A stretch of 64,000 nt of DNA from an uncultured bacterium (GCA_963813815.1 CAWFAD010000016.1:32001-96000), one strand, 5' to 3'; shown: positions 1-10,585, counted from the stretch's first letter. Numbers and translations: made by a program. The notes: a model not told the origin generated them from the letters alone.

Positions 1-670
1 TCTTGAGGTCCTTATAGGTCCTTATCACGTTCGGCATCTCCTGCCGGCAGGGGGCGCACCAGGCGGCCCAGAAATCGATCAGCACCACCTTGCCGCGGTA
101 CTTCGCGAGATCGATCTTCTTCCCCTCGTGCGAGGTGCCGACGATGCCCGCGGCGGGCGATCCGATCTTGATCCGCCGCAGCGCGTCGATGCGGGCGAGC
201 TCGCTCCGCGCCCCGTCGGAGATGCGCTGGTCGATGGAGAGCCCCGCGTCCACGAGCTCGCGGAAGAGCTTTTCCGCCTCGTCGAAGCGCTCGACGGCGA
301 GGTAGCTCGAGGCGAGGACCAGCTTGGCCGCAGCCGCCATGGACGCGTTCTTCACCGCGGGGGAGGCCATGAACGCCTCGGTGTGCTCGATCGCCTTGGC
401 CGTCGATCCCGTGGCCGAGTAGACCGTTCCGAGCGCGAAGTGCGCTTCGCCCGCCTCCGGGGCCTTCGGGTATTTCCTGATGAAATCCCCGAGCGAGCGC
501 TCGAGGAGCATGAAGTACTCGTTCATGGCCATCGTGCCCTGCTTCGCCCGCAGCTCGTCCGAGAGGCGCTTGTACTCGCGCGCCGCCTCGGTCTCGGCCG
601 ACGCGCGGTCCGCCGCGGCGAGGGCGGCGAGAGCGATGACGCAGGCGGCGATGAAGGTCCTCATTTTCAT
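1..670 (-). CDS. Exported TlpA/ResA-family thiol:disulfide oxidoreductase with N-terminal TPR-like helical region (3' end runs off the window)
   Basis: Not in the ORF track. Manual translation from ATG 670 gives a signal peptide (MKMRTFIAACVIALAALAAA) and later KIDLAKYRGKVVLIDFWAAWCAPCRQEMPNV, the TlpA WCxxC motif. Confidence 0.9.
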   Translation of the reverse strand, partial: MKMRTFIAACVIALAALAAADRASAETEAAREYKRLSDELRAKQGTMAMNEYFMLLERSLGDFIRKYPKAPEAGEAHFALGTVYSATGSTAKAIEHTEAFMASPAVKNASMAAAAKLVLASSYLAVERFDEAEKLFRELVDAGLSIDQRISDGARSELARIDALRRIKIGSPAAGIVGTSHEGKKIDLAKYRGKVVLIDFWAAWCAPCRQEMPNVIRTYKDLK

Positions 671-702
671 GCGAAGCTCCCTCGGTTCGATCGGTTCAAA
701 CG

Positions 703-732
703 CGAAGATGCGCCGCGGGCGGCGCACCTTCG
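703..732 (-). other. Intergenic RNA hairpin (13-bp stem) between the DUF1573-like gene and the TlpA-like gene
   Basis: Minus strand CGAAGGTGCGCCG-CCCG-CGGCGCATCTTCG with one G-U pair, followed by CGTTTG. Confidence 0.5.
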
Positions 733-754
733 TCGATTCCATATCGAGCTCCGG

Positions 755-1840
755 CTACTTGCCGGTCTTCAGTTGCCCGCCGCTCCCCTCCCCCACGCGG
801 ACGCTCCCGATGAGGTCGAGGTTCAGGATCTTGTACCTCGGATGGTTCGTGTAGATCTTCACGGAGCCCATGTACTGCCCGATCCGGCTCGTGGGCCGCA
901 CCCAGACGGTTCCGCGGAACGACTTGCCGGGCACGAGCTCCTGTATTTTCACGGTGATGTCGTCGCGGCTCGGCTCGATCTTGAGGATCTCGAGCGAATC
1001 GCCGCGCGCGAGGATGACGTTGAACTGCCGGTCGAAGGTCTTCGTCGCGCCGGGCGGTATCACCATCTCGCTGAAATAGATGCGGTTCGGCTGGAGCTCC
1101 ACGTCGGGCGCGATCGTGATCGAGAGCTGCATTTTCTTCTCCGGGAGCTTCGCGAAATCAGTCGCGAGCACGATCCCGGCGACGAAGCTCTCCGGCGCCA
1201 TCTCTTTCTTGCGCCACACCTTGAGACGATACTTCTTCCCCTTCTCGATCGTCTCGAGCTTGAGCCCGATCCTGTCCTCGTACCCCTTCCGCTTCGACTC
1301 GTCGTCCCAACGGACGCTCGTCAAGTGCACGGCGTTCGGCAGAAGGTTCGTGATGATGCTCTCCAGCTTGAACTCTTCGTCGACGAATCCCGCCCACCTG
1401 AGCTCCCGCGAGAACTCGAACACCTTCTTGATGTTCATCTGAATATTGAGCCCGAAGGTCGCGTTCTGAGGATCGTTCGTCTTGACGGTGTAATGCTTCT
1501 CCGAAAAGCCGGGGTAGAGCTTCCGTCCATCCACCTTTACGTTTATCCGGCCCTCCTTCCCGGGAGGGATGACCTTGTCGTAGTCGGCCACTGAGCAGCC
1601 TCAACCAGGTTTGACGCTCAGGATCTGGAGCTCAGCCGTTCCCCCGTTCTTTACGATGAAGGTGTGGGTGTAATCCTGCCCTTCGAGCACATCCCCGAGA
1701 TTGATCGACTTCTCGGCGATTATCACGATAGGGGTCTTCTCGGGCGCCTTGCCCTTCGGGTTCGCCTGGGCGAACGAGGCGGCCGAGAAAGCTGCGACAA
1801 AGACGAAAACGAGAGCCAACGCAATGATTCTGTTGCGCAT
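755..1840 (-). CDS. Exported DUF1573-like Ig-fold protein with an in-frame UGA at codon 80 (1601-1603), probable selenoprotein of about 361 aa
   Basis: ORFs 1601..1891 and 755..1591 are in the same frame, separated by TGA GGC TGC TCA. Read-through gives NGGTAELQILSVKPG-U-GCSVADYDKVIPPGKEGRI, matching the DUF1573 CGC...IPPG motif. Signal peptide and a GGAGG RBS precede ATG 1840. Confidence 0.8.
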
Positions 1841-2004
1841 AGCCTGACTGCCCTCCAACCGGTTTGGTTCCTGAAGGGGCGACGTATCCATACATTATAT
1901 GCAATCGCGGCCCGCGGATTCCACTGAAAAATTCCCGGCGCCTTCGCGCGGGGGCCCTCGCGCGTCCCCGCCAGCTCGCCGGCCGGGCAGCGGGGGGGGC
2001 TCGC

Positions 2005-2033
2005 TTGACAGGGGGGGTCCCGGGCGTTATGTT
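2005..2033 (+). promoter_or_regulatory. sigma70-type promoter upstream of gdhA
   Basis: TTGACA-N17-TATGTT. Confidence 0.6.
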
Positions 2034-2073
2034 CGCTGGGACGAGAAATCTCGTTCAAGAAAGGATGGGTTTC

Positions 2074-3360
2074 ATGGCCGACAAATCGTTCAACGCCTTC
2101 GAAATGGCCCAAGCCCAGTTCGACCGGGTCGCGGGGCTCCTCGACCTCGACGAGGCGACGCGGCAGCTCCTCAGAGTCAACCTCCGCGAATATCACGTGA
2201 GCATTCCCGTCCGCATGGACGACGGGACCCACCGGGTGTTCCGCGGATTCCGCGTGCAGCACAACGACGCGCGCGGGCCGGCGAAGGGCGGCATCCGCTT
2301 CCACCCGATGGAGACGATCGACACGGTTCGCGCGCTCGCCATGTGGATGACGTGGAAGTGCGCGGTCGTCGACATCCCTCTCGGGGGCGGAAAGGGCGGG
2401 GTCGTGTGCGATCCGCACCACCTGAGCCTGCGCGAGCAGGAGCAGATCTGCCGCGGCTGGGTGAGACAGCTCTCGAGAAACGTGGGGCCCGTCTCGGACG
2501 TGCCGGCCCCCGACGTCATGACGAGCGCCCAGCACATGCTCTGGATGCTCGACGAGTTCGAGACAATCCGCGGGGAGAGGCTCCCCGGTTTCATCACCGG
2601 CAAGCCGGTCGGCATGGGCGGCTCGCTCGGGCGCACCGAGGCCACCGGGTACGGCGTGGTCTTCACGATCCGCGAGGCCCTCAAGGAGCTCAATATCCCG
2701 CCGAGCGAAACGACGGCGAGCGTTCAGGGCTTCGGCAACGTCGCCCAGTACGCCATCGATCTCTACCAGCAGATCTGGGGCAAGGTCGTCTGCGTCTCCT
2801 GCTGGGATCAGACCGACCAGACCTCCTACTCGTTCCGCAAGCGCAACGGCATCGATCTCGCCGAGCTTCGCGGGATCACGGACCGCTTCGGCGGCATCGA
2901 CAAGGCCAAAGCGAAGGAGCTCGGGTACGAGGTCCTTCCGGGCGAGGCGTGGCTCGAGCAGGACGTCGACATCCTCATCCCGGCGGCGCTCGAGAACCAG
3001 ATCACCGCGGCGAACGTGAAGAAGATCGCCGATCGCGTCAAGATCATCGCCGAGGGCGCGAACGGCCCGACGACCCCCGAGGCGGACGCGGCGATCGCCA
3101 AGCGCAAGATTTTCATGATCCCCGATTTCCTCGCGAACGCGGGCGGCGTGACCTGCAGCTACTTCGAGCAGGTCCAGAGCAACATGAACTACTTCTGGGA
3201 AAAGGACGAGGTGCTCGGCAAGCTCGACGTCAAGATGACCTCGGCCTTCGCCGCCGTGAGCGCGCTCGCGAAGAAGCGCAACCTCTACATGCGCGACGCC
3301 GCGTACGTCATCGCCGTCGGACGCGTCGCGCAGGCCTGCAAGGACCGCGGGTGGGTGTAG
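2074..3360 (+). CDS. gdhA: Glu/Leu/Phe/Val dehydrogenase (glutamate dehydrogenase)
   Basis: RGPAKGGIRFHP, LGGGKGG, VPAPDV, GRTEATGYG, QGFGNVA, IAEGANGP and PDFLANAGGV motifs. RBS AAAGGA precedes ATG 2074. Confidence 0.93.
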   Translation: MADKSFNAFEMAQAQFDRVAGLLDLDEATRQLLRVNLREYHVSIPVRMDDGTHRVFRGFRVQHNDARGPAKGGIRFHPMETIDTVRALAMWMTWKCAVVDIPLGGGKGGVVCDPHHLSLREQEQICRGWVRQLSRNVGPVSDVPAPDVMTSAQHMLWMLDEFETIRGERLPGFITGKPVGMGGSLGRTEATGYGVVFTIREALKELNIPPSETTASVQGFGNVAQYAIDLYQQIWGKVVCVSCWDQTDQTSYSFRKRNGIDLAELRGITDRFGGIDKAKAKELGYEVLPGEAWLEQDVDILIPAALENQITAANVKKIADRVKIIAEGANGPTTPEADAAIAKRKIFMIPDFLANAGGVTCSYFEQVQSNMNYFWEKDEVLGKLDVKMTSAFAAVSALAKKRNLYMRDAAYVIAVGRVAQACKDRGWV

Positions 3361-3431
3361 CCCTCCCCGAGGCACGGACGCCGCACGCGCCGCAGCGCGC
3401 GGCGTCCGCCGCGGGAGACAGGTGAGGCCCG

Positions 3432-5189
3432 ATGCGAAGACGTTCGTACAACCCGCACCGCGGCACGCTCACGCGCTTCGCCCGGGAGTTCTACTCGCCG
3501 GCGGAGCGGTTCACGTACATCGGCTCGGGCGAGCTCGGCGGCAAAGCTCACGGGCTCGCCCGCGTCAAAGGCATCCTCGACTCGAAGTTCCGGGGGGCGT
3601 TCGCCCCCGACGTCGAGGTCGCGATCCCTTCCCTCACCGTCATCACGACGGACATGTTCGATCTCTTCATGAAGGAGAACGACCTCTACGAGACGGCGTA
3701 CTCGGGCGACCGCGACGACATCGTCGCGCACGAGTTTCAGCGCGCCTCGCTTCCCGTGCAGCTCGTCGGAGATCTCCGCGCGCTCGTGGAGCAGGTCCGC
3801 TCCCCGCTCGCGATCCGCTCGTCGAGCCTTCTCGAGGACGCCATGTTCGAGCCGTTCGCGAGCGTCTACGCGACCAAGATGGTGCCGAACAACCAGCCGG
3901 ACGCCGACGGCCGTTTCCGGCGCCTCGCCGAGGCGATCAAGTTCGTCTACGCGTCGACCTTTTTCCGCTCGGCGCGCAACTACATGAAGGCGACGCATCA
4001 CGCGACGATCGACGAGAAGATGGCGGTGATCATACAGGAGGTCGTCGGCACGCGCTTCGGCGACCGGTTCTACCCGCACGTGTCGGGAGTGCTGCGCTCG
4101 TACAACTTTTATCCGGTCGGATACGCGAAGCCCGAGGAGGGCGTGGTCGAGCTCGCGCTCGGCCTCGGCCGGACGATCGTCGACGAGGGCGTCTCGTGGT
4201 CGTTCTCGCCCGCGTACCCGGCGATCGGGCCGCCCTTCAAGTCGATGCGGGACATGCTCAAGCACACGCAGACGCGGCTCTGGGCGGTCAACATGGGCAA
4301 GCCCCCCGAGTACGATCCGATCAACGAGACCGAGTACCTCGTGCGCTGCGGCCTCGAGGAGGCGGAGTACGACGGAACCATCCGGCATCTCGCCTCGACG
4401 TACATTCCCGCCGACGACGGCGTCGAGATGGGGATCGAGGCGCGCGGGCCGCGGATCGTCGATTTCGCGCCGATCCTCAAGGGCGGCGTCCTGCCGCTCG
4501 CCGACCTCCTCGGCCGCCTCAAGGCGACGTGCGAGGAGATGCTCGGCGCCATGGTCGAGGTGGAGTTCGCCATGAAGCTCGGCCGCGAGCTCGCCGCCCC
4601 CGCTTCCTTCGGCTTTCTGCAGGTGCGCCCGATGGTCGTCTCGACGGAGGCGGTCGACGTCGGCGAGGCGGAGCTCTCGGGGGAACGCGTGCTTCTCTCG
4701 TCCGAGAACGTGCTCGGAAACGGCGTCCTCGAGACGATCCGCGACGTCGTCTACGTCGACCCCGAGCGGTTCGACGTCCTGAAATCGCGCGACATCGCCT
4801 CCGAGATCGAGCGCCTGAACGGCCCGCTCGTCGAGGCGCGGCGCCCCTATCTCCTCATCGGCTTCGGCCGATGGGGGACGACCGACCCGCTCGGCGGGAT
4901 CCCGGTCGACTTCGGACAAATCTCGGGCGCCGCGGCGATCGTGGAGGCGTCGCTGCCGAACCTGCCCTTCACGCTCAGCCAGGGCTCGCATTTTTTCCAT
5001 AACGTGACGAGTTTCAAGATCCTCTACTTTTCGATCCGCCATCACGACGGACGCGGCATCGACTGGGAGTGGCTGCGGCGGCAGGAGCGGCGGCAGGACG
5101 GCGCCTTCGCGAGCCGCGTCGAGCTCGCCTCGCCGCTCGTCGTGAAGGTGGACGGCAGATGCGGCCGGGGAGTGATACTGCATGCCTGA
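3432..5189 (+). CDS. PEP/pyruvate-binding (PPDK_N, ATP-grasp) domain protein lacking the phospho-His and pyruvate domains
   Basis: LGGKAHGL, PLAIRSSSLLED, EKMAVIIQEVVG, LGLG, LQVRP, GRWG and SQGSHFFHN motifs. Confidence 0.85.
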   Translation: MRRRSYNPHRGTLTRFAREFYSPAERFTYIGSGELGGKAHGLARVKGILDSKFRGAFAPDVEVAIPSLTVITTDMFDLFMKENDLYETAYSGDRDDIVAHEFQRASLPVQLVGDLRALVEQVRSPLAIRSSSLLEDAMFEPFASVYATKMVPNNQPDADGRFRRLAEAIKFVYASTFFRSARNYMKATHHATIDEKMAVIIQEVVGTRFGDRFYPHVSGVLRSYNFYPVGYAKPEEGVVELALGLGRTIVDEGVSWSFSPAYPAIGPPFKSMRDMLKHTQTRLWAVNMGKPPEYDPINETEYLVRCGLEEAEYDGTIRHLASTYIPADDGVEMGIEARGPRIVDFAPILKGGVLPLADLLGRLKATCEEMLGAMVEVEFAMKLGRELAAPASFGFLQVRPMVVSTEAVDVGEAELSGERVLLSSENVLGNGVLETIRDVVYVDPERFDVLKSRDIASEIERLNGPLVEARRPYLLIGFGRWGTTDPLGGIPVDFGQISGAAAIVEASLPNLPFTLSQGSHFFHNVTSFKILYFSIRHHDGRGIDWEWLRRQERRQDGAFASRVELASPLVVKVDGRCGRGVILHA

Positions 5190-8100
5190 TCAGCAGCGAA
5201 AGCTGGACGATATCATCCGGTTCTCGCGCGAGCGCGAGAAAGAGCTCGAGTGCCTCTACCGGATCGAGGAGATCCTCAAGAGGCCCGGCATCGACATGAA
5301 CTCGGCGATCAGGGCGATCGTCGACGCGGTGCCGTCGGGATGGCAGTACCCCGAGGTCTGCCGCGCGAGGATCGACATCGGCACCGAAACGTACGCGCCC
5401 CGGGGCTTCAAGGAAACGCCTTGGGCCCAGCGGGCGGACGTCTTCGTGCAGGGGAAAAAGGCGGGCGAGATCGGCGTCTACTACGCGAAGGAGATGCCTC
5501 CCGCCGACGACGGGCCCTTCCTCACGCACGAAGCGAGGCTCCTGCGGGCCATCGCCGATCGTCTCGGGATCTTCATATTTCACCGGCAGGTCGAGCAGGC
5601 CGTCAAGGACCTTCCCGCGCTGCGGCCGGACGAGGGCGGGGGCGACTGGCAGGTCGTTCTCGACATCCTGCGGCAGACCGACCGCAACCTCCTCGTCGCC
5701 ATGAGCGAGCGAATGCTCAATCTCCTCTGCTGGAGCGGCGTCGAGGAAGCGGAGCGGCTGCGCGACGGCGCCGGCGCGCCCGAGCCGGCCGTCAATGACG
5801 AGGCCTCCGGGCTCGTGAACCGGCCCGGCCGGCGCACCGCCATCGAGATCACCGACGAGCGGAGCCGCGAGATCTTCCGCATCGCAGCGGAGCATTACAC
5901 CGACGATCGGCTCCTCGCCTACATACGGAAATGGCTCCTCGACGACAAGCTCAAGTTTCTCGCCCGCGTGGCGAGCCGCAACCTCCCCCTCGCCGAGGTG
6001 ATCGACGCGCTCCGGCAGTACCGCGACATCCGGCTCGACGGCGTGGGGCTGTCGGACGCTTCGAAGACGGGCGTCGTCGTCTCGCTCATCCGCCGGTTCC
6101 TCTCGAGCCAGCTCAACTACATACGAATCGCGAAGAGCTACGTCGACGTGAAGGATTTCTTCGAGTTTCTCGACCGCACGATCTACTCGACGGAGAGCAG
6201 CGGCAAGCTCGGCGGAAAATGCGCGGGTCTCTTTCTCGCGCGGCAGATCATCGAGAAATCCCCCGAGTCGAACGACCTGCTGCGGGCGATCAAGACGCCC
6301 CGGAGCTGGTACATCACCTCCGACATCCTGCTCCGCTTCCTCAGCTACAACAACATGGACGAGGTGGGCGAGCAGAAATACAAGGACATCAACCAGATCC
6401 GCCTCGAATACCCGCACGTGATACAGGCTTTCAAGAACGCGCGCTTCCCGTCCGAGATCGTTCAGGCGCTCTCGGTCGTGCTCGACGAGTTCGAGGACCG
6501 GCCGCTCATCATCCGCAGCTCGAGCCTCCTCGAGGACAGCCTCGGCTACTCGTTCTCGGGCAAGTACCGCAGCCTCTTCCTCGCGAATCAGGGCACGAAG
6601 CAGGAGCGGCTCGAGGCCCTCATGGACGCGATCGCGGAGGTCTACGCCTCCGTCTTCGGGCCCGACCCGATCGAATACCGGGCGGAGCGTGGGCTCCTCG
6701 ACATCAGCGAGGAGATGGGGGTCATGATCCAGGAGGTCGTCGGCACGCGCGTCGGGAACTACTTCTTTCCGGCGCTCGCCGGGGTCGCCTTCTCCAGAAA
6801 CGAGTTCCGGTGGTCGCCCCGCATCAAGCGCGAGGACGGGCTCATCCGCATGGTTCCCGGCCTCGGCACGCGGGCGGTGGACCGCACGAGCGACGACTAT
6901 CCCGTCCTCCTCGCGCCGGGCCAGCCGGGGCTGAGGGTCAACGTGGCGGTCGAGGAGATCGTGTACTACTCGCCGCGAAAGCTCGACGTCATCAACCTCG
7001 AGACGAACACCTTCGAGACGATGGACGCGCGCGAGCTGCTGCGCCGCCACGGCGGAGAGATTCCCATGCTCGAGAAGCTCGTCTCGGTGTACGACGGGCA
7101 ACACCTTCGCCGGCCGCTCGCCATGAGCGTCGACACCGAGAGAGACTCGCTGTCGTTCACCTTCGAGGGCCTCATGACGGACGGCGTCTTCGTGCCGCAG
7201 ATGAACGGCCTCCTCAAGCTGCTCGAGTCGAAGCTCGGCACGCCGGTCGACATCGAGTTCGCGCACGACGGCCGGGATTTCTACCTCCTTCAGTGCCGGC
7301 CCCAGAGCTTCGGCGAGGACGCCGCCCCCGCCCCGATACCGAAGGACGTGCCGCCGGACTCCGTCGTCTTTTCCGCCCGCCGCCACGTCTCGAACGGCCG
7401 CGTGCCGGACATCACGCACATCGTGTACGTCGATCCGGAGCGGTACGGGGAGCTCGCCGGAGCGGAGCGACCTCGTCGCCGTCGGGCGCGCCGTCGGACG
7501 CCTCAACAAGCTCCTTCCGAAGCGGCAGTTCATTCTCATGGGCCCCGGCCGGTGGGGAAGCAGGGGCGACATCAAGCTCGGCGTCAGCATCACCTACTCC
7601 GACATCAACCGAACGGCCGTGCTCATCGAGATCGCGCGCCGCTCGGGGGGATACACGCCGGATCTCTCGTTCGGAACGCACTTCTTCCAGGATCTCGTCG
7701 AGGGAGAGATCCGCTACCTGCCCCTCTACCCCGACGACGAGGGGATCGTCTTCAACGACCGCTTTCTCAGCGGATCGCCCAACATCCTCGCCGATCTGCT
7801 CCCCGAGTACGCGCACCTCGCCGGCGCGGTGAAGCTCATCGACGTGCCGCGCGCCACGGGCGGAAAGGTGCTGAGGGTTCTCATGAACGCCGAGCTCAAC
7901 GAGGCGATCGGCATCCTCGCGGAGCCCCAGACGGGGACCCGGCTCGCCCCGGCGGCGCCGGAGGAGGGGGCGCGGCCGGCGGAGCAGTTCTGGGTGTGGC
8001 GCCTCCACATGGCCGAGCGCCTCGCGAGCGAGCTCGACGCCGGACGCTTCGGGGTCGTCGCCCTCTACGTGTTCGGCAGCACGAAGAACGCGACCGCCGG

Positions 8101-8359
8101 GCTCAAGAGCGACATCGATCTCCTCGTCCACTTCCGCGGCACGCCGGAGCAGCGCGCCGAGCTCGGCCTGTGGCTCGAGGGTTGGAGCCTCGCGCTCGAC
8201 GAGATGAACTACCAGAAGACGGGGTACCGCACGGGGGGCCTGCTCGACGCTCACGTCGTCACCGACGAGGACATCGCCAACAAGACGAGCTACGCGATCA
8301 AGATCGGCGCCGTCACCGACGCCGCGAGGGCGCTTCCGATGAAAAAGAAGAGCGAGTGA
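5182..8359 (+). CDS. Sensor-like N-terminus, PEP/pyruvate-binding ATP-grasp domain and C-terminal nucleotidyltransferase domain; +1 frameshift near 7459
   Basis: KLGGKCAGL, IIRSSSLLED, EEMGVMIQEVVG, LLQCRP. Removing one G in GCCGGAGCGG restores ELAERSDLVAVGRAVGRLNKLLPKRQFILMGPGRWGSRGD and joins ORF 7538..8359, which carries the NTase motif YVFGSTKNATAGLKSDIDLLV. Confidence 0.82.
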
Positions 8360-8363
8360 CCCG

Positions 8364-9212
8364 TCAGAGAAGCTCGCGGCGGGCGTCTCCCGGATTCTCC
8401 AAATCGAACCGGACGAGCGCGAGCTCGGGGCCGTCATGGGCCGCCGAGATCGCCACGGTGCGCCCGATGCGCACGCTCCACGTTCCCGTCAGGCGCGCCG
8501 ACTCGTGCACGTGCCCGTGGAGCGTCACGAGCGGGGCGCGCTCCTCGATGAAGCGGCGTATCGCGATGCTGCCGACGTGGACGTCGAGCGGGACGTGGTC
8601 GATCTTCATCCCGTCGAGCGCGGCCCGGTCGAGCCCCGAATCGTGCGGCGGCGCGTGGAAAAGGAAGACGGCGAGCGCGAGATCGTCCTCGCCGGCGAGC
8701 GCCTCGAGATCGTCCTTGATCGTGGCGTACTCGAGCTCGTCGGCGGGAACGCGCACCGTCAGCGCTCCGTCGGCGGGGGCGACGCACCCCGGGTCGACGT
8801 GCCGGGAGACGTCGTAGCGTTCCCAGTCCTTGAGGCGGAAGGGCGTCGGCGGCACGTACGCGTACCCGTACACCGTCCACCGCTCGAAGCGCTCCCGGCG
8901 TCCGTGGATGTACGAGACGACTCCGTCCCGCGAGGCCTCCTCGAGCGCCGTCTCGCCGTGCCGTCCGTCGTCGTTGCCGAGGATGACGAACACGCGGGGG
9001 TAGGCGGCGCCGAGCGCGTCGCGCAGCCGCGCGAGCCCCGCGAGGAAAACGTCCTCCAGAAAATCCCCGGCCGGGCCGCCCGCGTGGAAGTGCGGCAGGA
9101 TGTCCCCGCCGACGAAGACCGCCCGGGGCTTCTCGGCGGCGATGGCGTCGAAAAGCTTGAGACAGCGCTCGCGCTTACCGTGAAGGTCGGACACGAAAAA
9201 GCAGCTCGTCAT
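8364..9212 (-). CDS. Calcineurin-like (Icc-type) metallophosphoesterase
   Basis: SDLHG, GGDI, LGNDD, FHAPP and LHGHVHE motifs. Confidence 0.88.
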   Translation of the reverse strand: MTSCFFVSDLHGKRERCLKLFDAIAAEKPRAVFVGGDILPHFHAGGPAGDFLEDVFLAGLARLRDALGAAYPRVFVILGNDDGRHGETALEEASRDGVVSYIHGRRERFERWTVYGYAYVPPTPFRLKDWERYDVSRHVDPGCVAPADGALTVRVPADELEYATIKDDLEALAGEDDLALAVFLFHAPPHDSGLDRAALDGMKIDHVPLDVHVGSIAIRRFIEERAPLVTLHGHVHESARLTGTWSVRIGRTVAISAAHDGPELALVRFDLENPGDARRELL

Positions 9213-9401
9213 TTCGCCTTCGTCCGTTCGCTCGCCGCCTCCGAAGCCCGGAACCGCAGGGGCCATAATACCATATTTTCCTTTAATTTCGGCCCCGCAT
9301 GCTATAGATTATCTTCCGTCGGCGAGCCGTCGCTCATAATAATCGCAACAGCAGTTGTACTATAAGGTATGGAGGAAGGGCGTTCGCCCGCCGTGACAAA
9401 A

Positions 9402-10581
9402 ATGAGTGCCGCACGAAATAAAGAAATATACATGGACCACATAGCCGCCGGGCCGGTGCGCCCGGAGGCCGCGCGAGCCATGTCGGAGCTCCTGCGGGAC
9501 GGGTTCGGGAACCCCTTGAGCGTGCATTCCCGCGGACAGACCGCCGCGGAGGCGCTCGCCCGGGCGCGGGAGCAGGTGGCCTCCCTCGTCGGCGCCGAGC
9601 CCTGGGACGTGATATTCACCGCGACGGGGTCGGAGGCCAACAACCTCGCCCTCAAGGGTATCGCCCCGGCGCGAAAAAAGAAATCGAACCGGATCGTGGT
9701 CTCCGCGGTCGAGCACCACTCGATTTTGAACCCGGCGCGCACGCTCGCCAAGGAAGGGTACGAGCTCAGCGTCCTCCCCGTCGACGGGCACGGGCTCGTT
9801 TCGGCCGCGAGGCTCCGCGAGGAGCTCGCGAAAGGCGCCGCGCTCGTCTCCATCATGCACGCCAACACCGAGATCGGAACGATCGAGCCCATCGAGGAGC
9901 TCGCCGCCGCGTGCCGCGAGTTCGACGTTCCGCTTCACTCGGACGGATGGGGAACGGCGGGCGTCGTCCCGGTCGACGTGAAGCGGCTCGGCGTGGCCGC
10001 CTACTCGATCGCCGCGCAGAACTTCGGCGGCCCGCCGGGGGCGGCCGCGCTCATTCTCCCGAAAGGCACGCCGGCGCGCGCCCTCATCGAGGGCGGGGTG
10101 CAGGAGCGGGGGCTCCGCGCCGGACAGGAAAACCTCCCCGCCATCGCGGGGATGGGCGTCGCCGCGGAGCTCGCGCTCGCGGAGCCTCGAGGAAACGGCC
10201 GCGCGCACGCGCGCCGTCCGCGACGCCCTGCTCGCGCGGCTGCCGTCCGAGATCGCCGACGTCATCGTGACGGGGCATCCGGAGCGCCGGCTCCCCAACC
10301 ACGCGAGCTTCTGCGTGAAGTACATCGAGGGAGAGGGAATGCTCCTCCTCCTCGACGGCGCCGGGATCATGGCGGCGAGCGGCTCGGCCTGCACCTCGAA
10401 AGCGCTCAAGGGAAGCTACGTACTCGAGGCGATCGGCGTCGACACCGCCGTCGCGCAGGGCTCGATCGTTTTCACGATGGGGCCGGAGAGCGAGCTCGCG
10501 GACGTCGACGCGATCGTCGCAACGATGAAGCCCGCCGTCGCGCGGCTGCGCGAGATGTCACCGTTATACCGGAGGAAGTAA
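9402..10581 (+). CDS. iscS: IscS/NifS-family cysteine desulfurase homologue lacking the PLP lysine; +1 frameshift near 10185
   Basis: GNPLSVH, IFTATGSEANN, SAVEHHS, MHANTEIG, GGVQERGLRAG. An extra C at 10185-10186 shifts the frame; ORF 10267..10581 carries RLPNH and SGSACTS. Confidence 0.85.
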
Positions 10582-10585
10582 GGTC

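Noticed and set aside
1592..1603. Alternative genetic code (UGA = Trp or Gly)
   Set aside because: TGA is a normal stop for many genes here (rpmH, gyrB, yidC, parA), and the motif calls for Cys or Sec.
3375..3408. GC-rich hairpin after gdhA as a terminator
   Set aside because: No U-tract. More likely an mRNA-stabilising stem inside the operon.
7460..8817. C-terminal Arg-rich extension of the 1211-aa ORF
   Set aside because: Out-of-frame read-through after the indel. The true C-terminus is in the 7538..8359 frame.
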